This document shows positions 37,401-52,400 of a stretch of 64,000 nt of DNA, in pieces. The DNA is taken from contig NMRA01000028.1 in NCBI GenBank assembly GCA_002633005.1, forward strand, positions 953,556 through 1,017,555, given 5' to 3'. Numbering within the stretch: position 1 is the stretch's first letter; each line of letters begins with the position of its first letter. The DNA is from Phoronis australis. Its lineage: Eukaryota > Animalia > Phoronida. The position numbers were made by a program, and so were the translations under genes. Under the pieces are notes generated by a model. The model was not told the origin of the DNA. It did not search any database and saw nothing but the letters and a program-made list of their open reading frames with translations.

Positions 37401-40400
37401 ACAATACCTCAGTACTATTAACATGACAATAATGAGTTCCTAGTGAGTACTCACCCCAACGTCACGTGTGTTATCGATGTGTATGCAAAATACTCGAGGA
37501 ATCATGCGGACCGACACGGCCACTGAGATCACTTTGGTCTTGTTTTTATCTTCATCACCACTCTCCCAGAACGTCTCCGTTGAATTGTCTGCAGCAGAAA
37601 TGACATACACTGTCAGGGTTTTATATGCAAATGAAACCTACAGCCAGAAGCTTTCAGAGTAACAGTGACAAATATTATTGGCAGGTGGTTGTCATCAGAT
37701 TATATGAATCAAAGTCCTTGAGTTATTCTGTATTCAGTTTGCATCACTGCAACAACAGTCAATGCACACTTTTCCAAATTCTAAAACACACAAAGTTGAC
37801 AAGCCATCAAATGGTGGTATTACTCTTCATTCCAAGTGATATGAGAAGCCAACACGACACTCCACGTGCACAACTGTGATTCTTGAGTATATCGGAGTGA
37901 TTACAGTGTGTCTTTGTAACAACAGAACCAAAAAGGAGGCTGCCAGTGTTCCCAAGTGGGGTAAGTGTACGCTTCCTTTACTCAATGTCGTGGGTTTGAG
38001 TTCCACTGAAGCACACTGCAAGACTCTTTAGTCAGGTCTTAGCTTCTCAGCTCGGTTTTAACTATATATTGATAAAGCATAAAATGGCTGCAGGTGACCA
38101 GTGCAATGGCTCCACATGAGTGGCCTACATATGTCTCAAACAATTTGTACCAGACCACCAGCAATTATTTTTTTAACATGGCCAAAAGTTCTTAAATACC
38201 CTAAGAGAAATAGTCATTTATTCACGAACAAAACAAGTGACTGGTCATATTCTCCATACTGCCAGTGCCACCTCAGACTTTACTTGGCAACCTTGGTACA
38301 TATTACACAGGTTGCCACAAAGTCACCACACCACATCTGAGCACATACTCATCGACAAAATACTACAGAAAGTAAATAGACTTAAGTTGTAAATTTTACA
38401 ATACTTTACACATTATGACACAAAAATAGGAAGAACTTTAAGGATGGCAGACAGAATTCAGATTGGTTTAACTGAGCTTACCTCTTAAGCTGCTAGTCAT
38501 TACTTGACGACTGGACACCTCCATATCGGCACCCGGGGTAATGTCCCTCAAGCACTCAACTAATAATCCAACATAGTCAGAGCCATCTGACCCCTCCCCC
38601 TCCACCTCAGGCTTGATTGACATCTTACTGGAGTTACCAGGCGCATGACCTTTCAGGGTGGAGTCAACTCCATTATGCTCCTCCTCCTCAGCCTCAGCTT
38701 TAGACATGATCTTACTGATGTTATTGAACACATGACTTTTATGCAGGAACTGGTGGTCAGACGGCTTGAAACGGAAACTCCAACAACGGACGGCCATTTG
38801 CTAGAATTTACAAACCAGCAGGATATAAATTGTGAGGCTTCTTTTTTCAAGATGTATTACAGAACAAGACCGACAACTAATTATAACAAGATGAATTATA
38901 CTATTAGTGCAGACTTGGTGGTTTCAAACTGCACCAGCGATCATTAATTCAGCAAAAAGCAAAAACATTTGTGTCATGAATGGTCCAGGATTTTTCAACC
39001 AAAGCAGAGTGAACTTTTCCTTTTCACCAATCAGAGCATAGTCACTGTGACAAAAGCACTGGTCAATGAATCAAATAAAAATACATAGACAACCAATTTG
39101 ACGTAGAACTTATTAATAATCAAACAACCACTAGATAATGTCTTGGAAGGTAAACACAGCATTTGTAAAACACTGGCAAACTTAAATTTGACTGCTTGGA
39201 CTAACCTGCAGTGGACTACCCGTTGGCAAGTACATCATCGCATCAGACACCGTCTGCAAGAAGTCATGGAAGTTTGTCTCCAGGAGTTGTACTGAATCTC
39301 CCGCCAGTGTAATGTCCTGTTTAGGATGGTCACAGACAGACAGCCAAGAATACAGCTCTTTCTCCTGTTCAACAACAGTCAACAGTGAAGACACATCCAG
39401 CACAAGTGTTTCTGTTACAACATTGACCACAAATTGAAAATTTGGAACTTCAAAATAGTTGTGCAACAATCATCAGCAAAATTCAGTAGAGCCTTTACTG
39501 GCATGAATGCAAGGTAAAGTATAGTGTTTGTCTCACAGCATTGGGGACACTCGCTTGAATTCACAATAATCGTCTTAATCTCACAAATTTAAGACACAAT
39601 GTGACAGATAGGTGAAATTTCATTAATAAAAGGCAGGCAATACCAAACTGATGCTTTACCAGTTATAAGTTATATTCCAGGCAAGATTTTGGGTAGTTAT
39701 AGGCAGTCACAGCAAAATGAAGAAACTCTCAAAACTGGCAATTGTTTTTGTCCAAAAATGGAAACATTTTATCATAGACGTCAATCGGCTGGTGTGCAAA
39801 TATGCACTAAACCACCAACAGGCCACAAAGAGATGATCAGATGCAGTCAACAGCATCTCCAGATATCTCCAAGAAACAGGAGTAACAGCACTTTAGACAT
39901 TTCATAGCAAGGTCAACTTCATGGCACTCATCACAGGCAGCTTGCCTAGTAGATTCCTACAGTATTATTTGTTTGCTTTACCTTCAACTGTTCTCTCTTA
40001 TCTTTCTTGTTCTCTTTTTCCTCATCAGAGGTCTCTGGGTACAGTGGCGTGAACGCCTTCACAAAGAACCACAAGAGGTCATGCATGCACTGTGGCTGAG
40101 TCACCGTCCTCACCAACCAATTGAGTGCCTAGAGAAACAGCATCTATACATTTTGCAATGTTGCTTCTTGCAACTGACATTTTGTCTGAATGTGCCAACA
40201 TCATGAGAGACACAGTTCAAAAGTTAATTGTATTCTAAGAGTCATTTTACTGTAAATGATTCATCAGTTGCTGCTCCACAGAAAAAACACCGAGCTAGCT
40301 TTACATTTCTATTTGACACGAATACTCCAACTCACTACTCAAACACTGTAAATAAAATGAATAATATCTTTGCAGGCAAGATTCTGCAGGCAAAATCTTT

Positions 40401-43400
40401 TCATCCATAGTCCATAAATGCTAAATAATGTAGGATGCAAATGTCTACGGACACAAAATAACACAGTTTTAAATCCCGCTGCTGTTACAAACTGTGGAAA
40501 TAAAACATCATTCCACACCTACAGGACACATATGTTCCACATACACAACTGCGTTCACTGACCTGCAGGCCATAAACTCTGAGTGCAGCCTTCCTGATAG
40601 CCTGCCTCATGGCCAGTTGCAGGTTACCCAGTTCATGGTGCTGCATTACAAAGGCCATGACAGGCCTTTGCATGGCCTTGTCAGACATTGTCTTGTGGCG
40701 CCCTCCCTTGTCAGTTGCCTTGATCAAGTTGGACATGGCACAAGATGGATTCTTCAGCAATGACAGCCCACTATCTGTGAAGCAGTGTGCAAGATAAATA
40801 TACAACAAATTGGAAAGGTTGATCTCCAATCACTGGTTAGTGATCACATGGCATATGTTGTCACATGATATATGATATCATAGTGAATAAGGGACATAAG
40901 AACACAGTCTGTAAGAAAACAAAAATGCTGCTCTCATGAACTGGGAAGTAACAATGAAAATCTCGAGATTCACTAGGTATCTCTAGTGAATCAAATGACT
41001 TTCATGTCGAAATCCCTCTATTTAGGTAAATGCTGATGATCTGCTTTTCATTTCCACCATATTCAGATGTCAAAAAGTGAAACCTTTATTTACTAGCGCC
41101 ACCTAGTGGACATGGAGACACCCATTCTCAGCACTTTCCCAAGTGATATGAAGGTTAACAATGGGAAAGGATTGTGTAGCATTGCTTCTAATTGATTAAC
41201 AGGACAAAGTAACATTTGGAGATTCTGATTGGATGGATGAAGAGAAATGCATAAACCATCCACTGACAAATGTTTTGTGGCTAGTCGCTGCTGCAAAAAC
41301 AAAAACAAATTAACTTGATACATTATTCCACCTAACTTTGTGTTTCAAAGTGATTCATTATTCTTTTTTGGCTCATACCTAGACCCTATGTATACAATAT
41401 ACATCCAAACCAAGACAAGCGCACTTATACCAACACACAAACTTCTGCACGCTGACCATCATCCTTTTACAGGGCCATTCTCCTCTACAGGTGGCACTGT
41501 AAACGCGGATATTCTATGCAAAGCACAGTAATTACCAATTAAACATTAACTAGAGACAGTTTCCACTAACTACACGATTCTGAATGTAACACAACTACAG
41601 GACGATATTAGTAACATCAACTCGGCAAACACTCTGAGACATTCATTGAGGATGCATTTTCAAATTCAATGAAAATAAGAGTCACATGACATGCTTTGCA
41701 GGTGGTTAAAAACATCCAATTTTCCTGTCTTTCTACACAAACAAAAACATTACCATAAACAACAACTACCACTAACCCTATCGTAGCCATAACATTACTA
41801 CTCCACAAAATCGTGCCTCCTAAACCTGCATTAAAACTTGAATGGATGGTCATCATGTTCTTACCTCCGCTGATGTTGCGTCGTCTCACCGAACCTTTTC
41901 TGTGTGTGTTACCCATGATGTCAAAGCCAATACAAGATGAAGCGTCCCCTTGCTCAACACCAGGGCGCAGCTCTGACACACTGCGCGTCAACATGGCCCC
42001 TTTGCTTGATGGCTCATCATTTGTGTGACCCCGCCTGGGACTAGTGGTGGGTGAATGGATTTCCTAAAACAATACATTGTTTTCAAGTTTTATTACTATT
42101 ATTTTTGTAACAGACAACTATATAATAATAAGTATTTCTAAATATTTAAATCTTAACCTGGTGCGAAAATGTGTACCGCAAACATTTCTAAGCCTAGCTA
42201 GCATGTCGGCTGTGACCATATCACGTTAGCAGAAGGTCCCGGGTTCAAGTCCCGGTAGGCAAACTTATGTAAATTAGGTCACGTGATGTGGCCACACGTG
42301 GCGTGCTGGCCAGACTTATGCTTGAAATATATCACAATGTGTAAAACCCAAAACAAGACGGAAAAATGTATAAAAATACAACAAGCAACAATACGTGTAC
42401 ACATACATTACGATAAAAAATCTTCAGTTTGGGACACAACATGGCAGACAGGTGAAATTTCATTGTGTCAAATTTCAATCAAAAATAACTTTTCAGGAAA
42501 ATTTCCTTTGCTTTTAGCATGTTTTGCATGGCCAACATATTACTAAATTACATTTTGAGTATTTGCAACAATATGGTAAGCCTCAGGAGATGAGACCAAC
42601 AGGTGGCGTGCAGGCTAGACTTATTATGTTTGTGAAAGACACATTTACAGTACCTTGGCAGGATCAAACAGCCCAGCTTGGTAAGCCTGTTGAAGTCTTT
42701 TCCTCATCTGATAAGCACCAACACCTGGTCCAAGGGACTCTGCCTTGATTGTTTGAATCTTGTCTTCACCCTGGGCCACTATCACCTCCTCATTGAAGGC
42801 ACTGTCTGCATCATCGGCCCCACGCTGACTGAGATACTGAAAGGGGACCAAGGGGAATGGCGTCTGCTCCAAAAACAGAAACTCGTCGCTAACGCTTGGC
42901 AGGTAAGAGTCAGTTCTTGTCAGTGCACTCATAATGGCATCCGGCGACTTGGATGATGAAAAATGAACGCCAGCAGAGCTGGTAAGATTGAGCAAGAACA
43001 AGGCATTGTTCATCATGATCTGATGTGCCTCCAGTGCTGGTTGACCCACTTTTCGCTGCTGTCGTTTCATTTTCATGTCAGGTTCTTTAGGGGGGAACAA
43101 TGTCCGCCGCTCACTTACGTACTTGTCGCGACACTGATGACAGATCAAGTACCAGGTGAGCCGCCACAGAAGATCCCGCCACTGTTGTAGCCCTGACCAC
43201 CGGCTGGCTTGCCACAACCGTAGTGATGTTTGCGCATGTGATAAGTGACAGGATGAGGGTACATACCCCCACACAAGTCACACATGGTCTGATTCTCTTG
43301 GTTTATGCCGGGGAAGTGACGCGGCATCTCGCCGAAGCGCATGCCGATCATCATCATTTCACGTCGCTCCATCATCATGCGTTCCATGTCGTAGCGGTCC

Positions 43401-46400
43401 TCCTGCGGTTTGTAGATGTCCAGGGCGGGGCTTTCGGTGATTGACTTCTCCTGGATGATGCGTATGGTGGCTGAGGACATACACTCCCAGAAGAAGACGA
43501 GATGTTTCAAGGTCGGCAACAACTCTGACCTCCTGGACGACGTGGGAGAGGCAGGAGGTGATGATTGATCAAACGATGCCACCTTTGTGAGAACACTTTT
43601 CTCTGACTTGTGTCGCTCTTTCTTTGTCCTCTCTGGTTCAGGTGGCAAGTTTATGTTGAAGTGCACTGACTTCTTCCCACCACCATGTTTTGGACTCGTG
43701 TCTTCCACCTGAATACCAGCAGCATCTCCGCTACTGTTCTTGTCACCTATGCCACCTGAACCACTGACACCAGGCTGGGGTCCTGGCTTATCAAACACAA
43801 AAACGTCACTAGAGGGCATCTCTTTGGCGAGGTTGGGATGGAACTTGAGAAACGATGCACATGCCATAGCATCATGGACAATTCCTTCGTGCCACAAGAA
43901 AGCTGCAAACACCGTTCTCAGGCACTCAGCAACAGATGGCGTCATGGCCGTAGTGACTGGCTTGGGCTGAGATACCACAGCAGGCTTCAGCGACGACGGC
44001 TTCTGTGGGGGCACTGGTGATGAGGAGCGACCTTCACGCTTGCTGCGTAGTGATTGGCTACGAGAACTCTTCCTAGACAACTTGGGAGACATTCTGAAAT
44101 TTTATAAATGATCTCAAAGTTGTAATATGCTTGTATTAGTTGCTGCCTCTTGTCGTGTTTTTGTATCGGTTTGTTGTAAAGCAACACCTAAAGAGAGGTC
44201 GCATTTAACAGTATCAAATTTTGGGACATGAATAAACTGTTAACGGACATTGCATTGAGTGTTATCAGGGCTTGGAATGACCAATGACAAAAAAAGCGGA
44301 AACTTTACGGCCCAAATCATGCGCGCTACCCAGCCTTGAAATGGTCGATGTGAACCTTTCNGCACTGACTTCTTCCCGCCACCATGTTTTGGACTCGTGT
44401 CTTCCACCTGAATACCAGCAGCATCTCCGCTACTGTTCTTGTCACCTATGCCACCTGAACCACTGACACCAGGCTGGGGTCCTGGCTTATCAAACACAAA
44501 AACGTCACTAGTGGGCATCTCTTTGGCGAGGTTGGGATGGAACTTGAGAAACGATGCACAGGCCATAGCATCATGGACAATTCCTTCGTGCCACAAGAAA
44601 GCTGCAAACACCGTTCTCAGGCACTCAGCAACAGATGGCGTCATGGCCGTAGTGACTGGCTTGGGCTGAGATGCCACAGCAGGCTTCAGCGACGACGGCT
44701 TCTGTGGGGGCACTGGTGATGAGGAGCGACCTTCACGCTTGCTGCGTAGTGATTGGCTACGAGAACTCTTCCTAGACAACTTGGGAGACATTCTGAAATT
44801 TTATAAATGATCTCAAAGTTGTAATATGCTTGTATTAGTTGCTGCCTCTTGTCGTGTTTTTGTATCGGTTTGTTGTAAAGCAACACCTAAAGAGAGGTCG
44901 CATTTAACAGTATCAAATTTTGGGACATGAATAAACTGTTAACAGACATTGCATTGAGTGTTATCAGGGCTTGGAATGACCAATGACAAAAAAAGCGGAA
45001 ACTTTACAGCCCAAATCATGCGCGCTACCCAGCCTTGAAATGGTCGATGTGAACCTTTCCCCGACAAAAATCAGGACTAAAAAAAAAACGACACTACCAC
45101 CATCAGTAGCATGCATCTGCGTCCTTTTAGCTCGTCCTTATCGTCCTTCCACTCCCAACCCACACATTTTTGGCTGCAGAGCCGTAGTATTTATCGCCGC
45201 GGTTTGCAATAACACGAGACGCCATTGAAAATGCCACCTAGCTTACCCAGATGCCCCGGCAATGTTGACAATTTACGTTCCTCCGAAACATAAAGAGCAA
45301 CTTCCGCTTTTCGAGGTGAACGTCGTCTGCAACGCCGCGGTAAGAAAGGTATTTGCCGCGGAAATTTTATATCAAATCCGATTTTTTTACGTGGAAATAT
45401 TATAAAATGCGCGGAAAGAACATTTGAAAAAAGCGGAAATCCGCGTTTCCGCGGAAAATTCCAAGCCCTGGTGTTATAGCAAATTGCCGAAAATAGGCTC
45501 ATGGGCAGATATTAGGAAAACTGCTTTTCAAAAATGTCGTCACGTGAAATCAATAGGGGCACACTTCCAAACACTTACAGTTTTTGAGCAAAGAAAAGGT
45601 GAACTTGAAGACCTCCATAAGTATGAGGTGAGTCATGCACACACTGAGGTATGCAGTGAATTTCAGCTAAAAATGAATACTTCCCTCAAAACGTATTACA
45701 TAGTTACGCATTTTAGAACAATCCATCAGATTTTCTAAACATGCAAACAGTTACCAAAAACACACCCATAACCGTACTTTTGGAAAATTTTCTGAAAATA
45801 CGTGCATGGGCCTATTTTTGAGTGGGCCTATTTTTGGAAATTCTAGGTACAAAATTGTCCAGCTGTTAGCAACCAGATTTAAACTGATTAACCAGGAAAA
45901 CTGGAAATAATGATTAGTCTTTAAGTAAAATAACCATTAAGATATTGTCAAGCATCAGGCAGGTATTGCATTAATCATTCAAGACATTCTGAACTTACTA
46001 TTAGATTCTGATGAAGCTTGAACAGACAGAAGGTAGTGTTGTGATCAACAGCACTTGTACTATTGCCATAAGTGTAATTAAAAACAAACCTTGCCGAGTC
46101 TTCTTTCTTTGGTGAACCCGAATAGCCAATGCTGAAACGGCTAACAGGGGGCTCTGGTGGACTGGTCTGTGTAGCCGCAGTCCTACTAGGACTGGGACTA
46201 CTTTCGCGGAACAGTCGGACATCCCCCTTGGCTGGACTTCCATGGCGTGGCGAGCGACTGCAAAAACCAACAACATACTTAAACTTGTTATTTAAAATCC
46301 AGTTACATTTAAAACATGCATTCAACAATTCTTCTTGCAATTTGGCAAATATCACAACCAACTTTGTCACTGATTATGTTCAGTACATGTCACCAAAATG

Positions 46401-49400
46401 GCAGGAATGGTGGAATGGTACATGAGATTGACACTCAATGTTTCCACTTCACAATATTTCGTACTACAAGCATCTACAGCGTGATTAGTACCAGAAAGAA
46501 ATTAAACAGCAAAAATGAGAAACTATTCCTACCTTATTCGTCTTATTGGACTCCCTTTTGGACTCCTTTCTCTGGACTCATCTTTACCCAAAACCAACGG
46601 ATCACTCAGGTCACTGTCTTTAAGCATGGGTGATGAGCTCCTCATTATAGGTGGAGTTAAAGGCGGAGTTGACCCGAACCTGGGAGGAGTCGTCGACATT
46701 GGGGGAGTGGAAGGTGGAGTGACCCACTCAGATGTGCTCTGACGTCGATAATCCATGCTTTTGTCTGGAAGAGATGAGATTGGCACTTGAACAAACGAGA
46801 GTGGACAATTTGACACATACCCAACACCAGAATGGTAATGAGGTTAATAATATAAGTGTATTGCCAACACCAGAATGGTAATGAGGTTAATAATATAAGT
46901 GTATTGCCAACACCAGAATGGTAATGAGGTTAATAATATAAGTGTATTGCCAACACCAGAATGGTAATGAGGCTAATAATATAAGTGTATTGCCAACAAA
47001 AACAGTTTTTAAACTTGTTACAAAAGAGGTTTTTCAACAATCACAATTATATGTTAGTTGAAACATGTCTACTGGAAACACAAATTCCCAAACAGATATA
47101 CAATGGAAAATTTCTTAAGAGTATTAAGAGATGCAAAGAAAAACAAATCAATGATTTTCATGTAATGTAACCAAGTTCCAATGATTCAAAGATCATTGTC
47201 ACATGAACAAACTGATCTTCACTGCATGCTAAGACCAAACCGACAACACTGGCTTATCCCGAACAACAAGCAAATGTCAGATGTTAGATACAACCACTAA
47301 CAAAACTCTTTATGAATTCACACTTCATTGCAACAAACAGTTATCACAGCACACTATTGTAGTGAGCATCACAAACAACTGGAACACATTAATTTATAAT
47401 AAGCCAAATTCTATAATCAATCGTGTCACCTGAGGCACTTCTTGGACTGGAGCTTCTGGATGATTTCCTTGGGGATCCTGGGGGTGTACTACCTGGGGAT
47501 CCAGAGGTCGCTTTCCACAGGGCCTGGCCTGAATTGGAATACATTAACAAGCAAATGTATACTACGGTCGAGACTACATTGCTTGTACAGTAAATATAAA
47601 GGTGGGAGTCAAAGTTTACGTATTGCAAACTGCTTATCCTGGGATGTGTTTGATGAAAAGTGACTTCAGGCTTAAGTAAGAAAAATTGTATATTGCTCCA
47701 CAAGACCATATCCCTGAAAAATAATTCTAAGTTCAAAGTTCCACTTCAGCCAAATAAAAAATATCTGAGAATGAGCCTGTCATTACTAGTTTATTATAAA
47801 TTTTGGGTCCATTCCAAAACTGTAATGTGCCAACACAGCAACAGTTTTGAAGTGATGAAGGAGTACACATCAAAATTTCTGACGTCGTTCTTGAGCCACT
47901 TTTCGTGCAACAGGCGTCACTAACTTTGGGTCACAAAAACATTACAAAGGACACTAGCGGGTTTTAGACATTAACCACTGAGCAACAAAAGATAACAACA
48001 CCAAAGAAATGGATGAATTCTGGTAAAAAGCAATGCAAGTCACCAAACTACTTCAAACATGTCTGATTCAAAAGGAGATAATTTAAGGAAAACAAAATGG
48101 CGAAAGGTTTTTGGCTGATGAAACTTAGCATAACTAAGCCGGAAATGATAAAGTATCATTAGACCATGTTATCAAAAGTTTAATTTCTTGAAAGTCAGTT
48201 ACATTGATCTCTGTTGGGAATAACTGCAAAAAATCATGTCGTCAGACAAACTTTTGTTGTGTCTAATCTACAAATGACAATAACTTGTATGATAGTTGGG
48301 TTACACAACGTTTGACAACGTTCAACACTAAGCTCCATGACTCGTGCCTCACACAATTCTACCTGGTTTCCACAAAGCGTTCCTATTCATTCGCAACATT
48401 TGTTCAACATCACCTCGTGTTCTTCCTAAAGATATTTCAAAAGGGCACATTTCACACAAAAATGACCTCAACGAAAACTGCCTACACCAGCACTTGATTT
48501 CATAACAAAAAATAACGTACAATGATTTGAAGCAAATGGGTCAACCAAACTAAAGCCTCTTTTCACAAGCAACATATACTGAAGCTCAACCAACTGAATC
48601 ACACACCAGCTGGGTGGAACAATAAACGAGAAACAATATCAGCAGAATAACTAAACATTAATCCAACTGAATGTAAGGTCAAGCCATACAAGTGTAAAAG
48701 TGATGAGGCCCAACCACATGGCCACAAAAACACCTCTGCAACAGGTCTCACAGTGAAGTACTCAATATAAGCATAGACCTGGCACTGTAAGCTGTTGACA
48801 TACATCACCGTGGCCTCAAGAGGTTTTACATAGTACATACTAATCTCACGTGCACTGATAGACTACCCATATAGTGACTCCAAACTAGTCCTCTATCCAC
48901 ACGACTATTCAAGTCTACTATTTTAAGTCAACCTAGCTGCAGACATGTTGCACAGTAAGGAGGGGTTAAAAAACAATTAGGACACCTGTCCATTCACAGC
49001 AGTAGATGATCGATTCAACTTACACAGAATGGTGGCTTGTCAAGACAGAACTGAATATTGCTTTCTACATGACAAAGAGAATGGCCTTTCGGATCCAGAC
49101 ACCACAGAAAGCTTGACATCAGAGTACAATTTGGCAATTCTTTGGGAAGTAAAGGTGTGAACATCTACCATCAAGTGACACTCTCTGACAGTTGTCACCT
49201 AATCAGTCACCACTACTATGCATAAGTCGCCCATTATATAGCACACTGTATACACATGCAAGTTTAGGAAGTATCTACAAACCAATAGCCTTTATAACAT
49301 CCTTGGTGTTCATTCCATCAGGACGGGAGTCCTCACGCATGGGCTTGTCATCAGAGGACACTTGAAAAGGTTTCATAATGAGAGCCTCCTTTGGAAGTTT

Positions 49401-52400
49401 GAACGGGTCAGGAGATTCACTTCTTTCAGGGAGAGGTGAAGCTGAACCAAAGGGAGAGACAAAACCTAGCGGGAGTAAAGATTATGTTAAGTATGTCAGA
49501 TATCCTGAATGTCCGTTGTAAAAATTACATTAGAAATTTTAGAAAACTTGAAATTTATAATTTGCAAGCAGGTTCTTCGAAATTTATGTACAGTAAAAGG
49601 CAAAATTATTCAGATAACATAACCCCAAATCTGCAGTCATGACGCCTGGCAGAAGATGAATACATTGACAGAGTTGTCCCCCCTGATGACCAAGAATGAA
49701 GGGGAATTAAAAGGAAAGTCAGTGAAGGTAGTTCAGTCATTTTGGAAATAAAATGTTACAGCCCTAACACTTATTACACATCATTTTTGCTGTAAACAGA
49801 ATGAGTCATCATGATGGAATAACGTTATTTTTCTGATTACTTTTGTTATACACTGTGAAGTTGTAGCCTCATTAGTGGTACTTGAATGGCATATAATAAT
49901 GATAACAATAACATCATCATGATTTACAACAATATAGCATTAAAGGTAGAGCAAACATGACATCAAAATTTACGATCCTTGCTGAGGCCCTCTGACCAGC
50001 CAACCTACAGCCATCTTTCACTCACATCTCACTACCATCCACTAACAATTTGGTGATCTTACTTTCTGTGCTGGGCTTTCCAAATGGAAACAAAGATGCT
50101 GATCCTGGAAATGAGGCGGGTTGTCTCAGATCATCTGGGTACGTCGATGCGTCCATCGCTGACGGGTCGGAGAATACAAACCCCTCCCCTGAAGCACCAC
50201 GAGGCTCAGAATTAGATGGTTCATCCAGTTCCGACGCATGGCGAAGGAAAATCTTCTTCTTGTCCTTAGTGTGTACAAGCACGAAGCCACTACTGCCCTT
50301 GTCTGGGCAATATTCCAACACGCTCTCTGGCGACAACTCCATCCAAAGTCCTGCGGAGGAGTTAATCTGTAACAAAAATGGTGTGTTGAATTTGTTAGAA
50401 CAAAAGTAACAGCATTATGCTCTATCAACCTAGTTTGTGAAATGGTGATAAAGAACTGTTTGCCGTAACAAAAGCAAGTCTGCACACTTGAAAGTCTGAC
50501 CAGAATAATGTTAATCCATATTCACCTTATGAGACAAAATCAGACAGAAATTTCAGCATTGACTAAGCCATACAATACACTGTTTCAGCACCAGCAAAAT
50601 ATAACCAGAACTAACACACATATTCAACAGTCATTACCTTATTCAGAAACAAACAATGACAGTCACCACAATAACTGTTGCATGCAGTGAGAATGGTCCA
50701 ATTATTAACTGACTATTCAAAGTCATTTTGTATTAGAATATGATGTGAAATGACCACTCCAAACAGCACAGTGTGCAACGTACCAGTCGTTTCGCCACCA
50801 CCTTGTTACCCTTCAGCACTTTACCAACAGGAGCAGATCCCAGATCGGTGTTACTACGAATGTTGTGACCCGATGCGCCACAGTTGACAACGACATAGAT
50901 TCCACTTCCTAAAAGTAGAAAGATGACTGAAAGGTGAAATCTGATGGACTGTAAGTACTCAAACTGACTTTGTGAGACAATGAAAGTAGGTCGCCAAGTT
51001 AAGGCATGATCCAATGAGAGTAGGTCATCAAGTTAAGGCATGATCCAATGAGAGTAGGTCATCAAGTTAAGGCATGATCCAATGAGAGTAGGTCATCAAG
51101 TTAAGGCATGATCCAATGAGAGTAGGTCATCAAGTTAAGGCATGATCCAATGAGAGTAGGTCATCAAGTTAAGGCATGATCCAATGAGAGTAGGTCATCA
51201 AGTTAAGGCATGATCCAATGAGAGTAGGTCATCAAGTTAAGGCATGATCCAATGAGAGTAGGTCATCAAGTTAAGGCATGATCCAATGAAAGTAGGTCAT
51301 CAAGTTAAGGTGTCATCCAGTGAGAGTAAGTCATCCAGATGCCATCTATTGAAAGTAGGATGTCCAGTGAAGCTAAAATCATGGAAAACCAATATTGTTG
51401 TACAACTAGACAACTGAATCACTTACCGACCTTGACTGATACTTGAAAGGAGGTTGTAATTAGATAACAGGAAAATGTCTTAGTAAAACTTACCATCCTT
51501 TATCTTGTCCGACTGATACTTGGCTGGAGGTTGTACTAGTTCAGGTGTCACTGTGTTCATTGCTTTCTTCACCATCTCGTCCATCAGTGACTTGGGCTCC
51601 TCTGCGGCCACCATGAGTGTTTTACCAAGTGCCTGATTGCAAGAAATTTGAAATGTCAAATCTATTTACTATACTGCTAAGTGCTCTTTACCAAGTCAAA
51701 TTGTCAGTCAAACAAAAAAGTTTAAAGTGTATAGTGCAGACATAGCAGGTGCAGCTTAATATATCAAAATGGTGCAAGCATGTGCTGACTAACATCATGA
51801 TAAATATACAGCTTCAAAATGGTGCAAGCATATGCTGACTAACATCATGATATAAATTCACTGTTTTTTGTTTTAAGATTTAATTACATTAGAAGTTGTT
51901 AGCAGCACCAGACGATCAGATAAATGAAATAACAATGTACACAGTCATTAAGAAATAGTCAAATTTATGGATCATAGTGCATCAGTACGACAATGGATTG
52001 TTGAAACTGGCTGTCTTCACTGCAAATCCAACATGGATGTGGTGAGTCATCACATAAAGCAAAGGAGCGAATCCCATAATTCTCTTCTCTTAGATGCAAA
52101 CCTGTCAGTTTTATGGCTATACATAAATGTTCAGAGAGCACAGAGTGGGACACACAAATTCAAGCGAGGTGAGCAGACGTACACACCTGGTTGTATTGCA
52201 GACACCAGGCCTCAGCGTACCCGTTGGAACACCACAGTTTGGTGGACTCAGGTGACAGCTGCAGCCACACTCCGTCATCATTCTGCAGCTGTAATAGAAT
52301 CAAACAGTCATGTTGAAAGGACACACAGATGAATCAGTGGAGACAACATTTATTCAGAGAAATGATTGCAGAACAACTGTAACTTCAACTACAGAATACA

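Noticed and set aside
42200-42262. tRNA gene (GGTTCAAGTCC T-loop/B box)
   Set aside because: Only a T-arm is recognisable, with no acceptor stem or D-arm; likely a SINE remnant. The same applies to 30240-30300.
43663-45059. Tandem duplication of the large MYCBP2 exon (183-aa ORF 44240-44791)
   Set aside because: The copies abut a single N and differ at ~1% of sites, the pattern expected when two haplotype contig ends are not merged.
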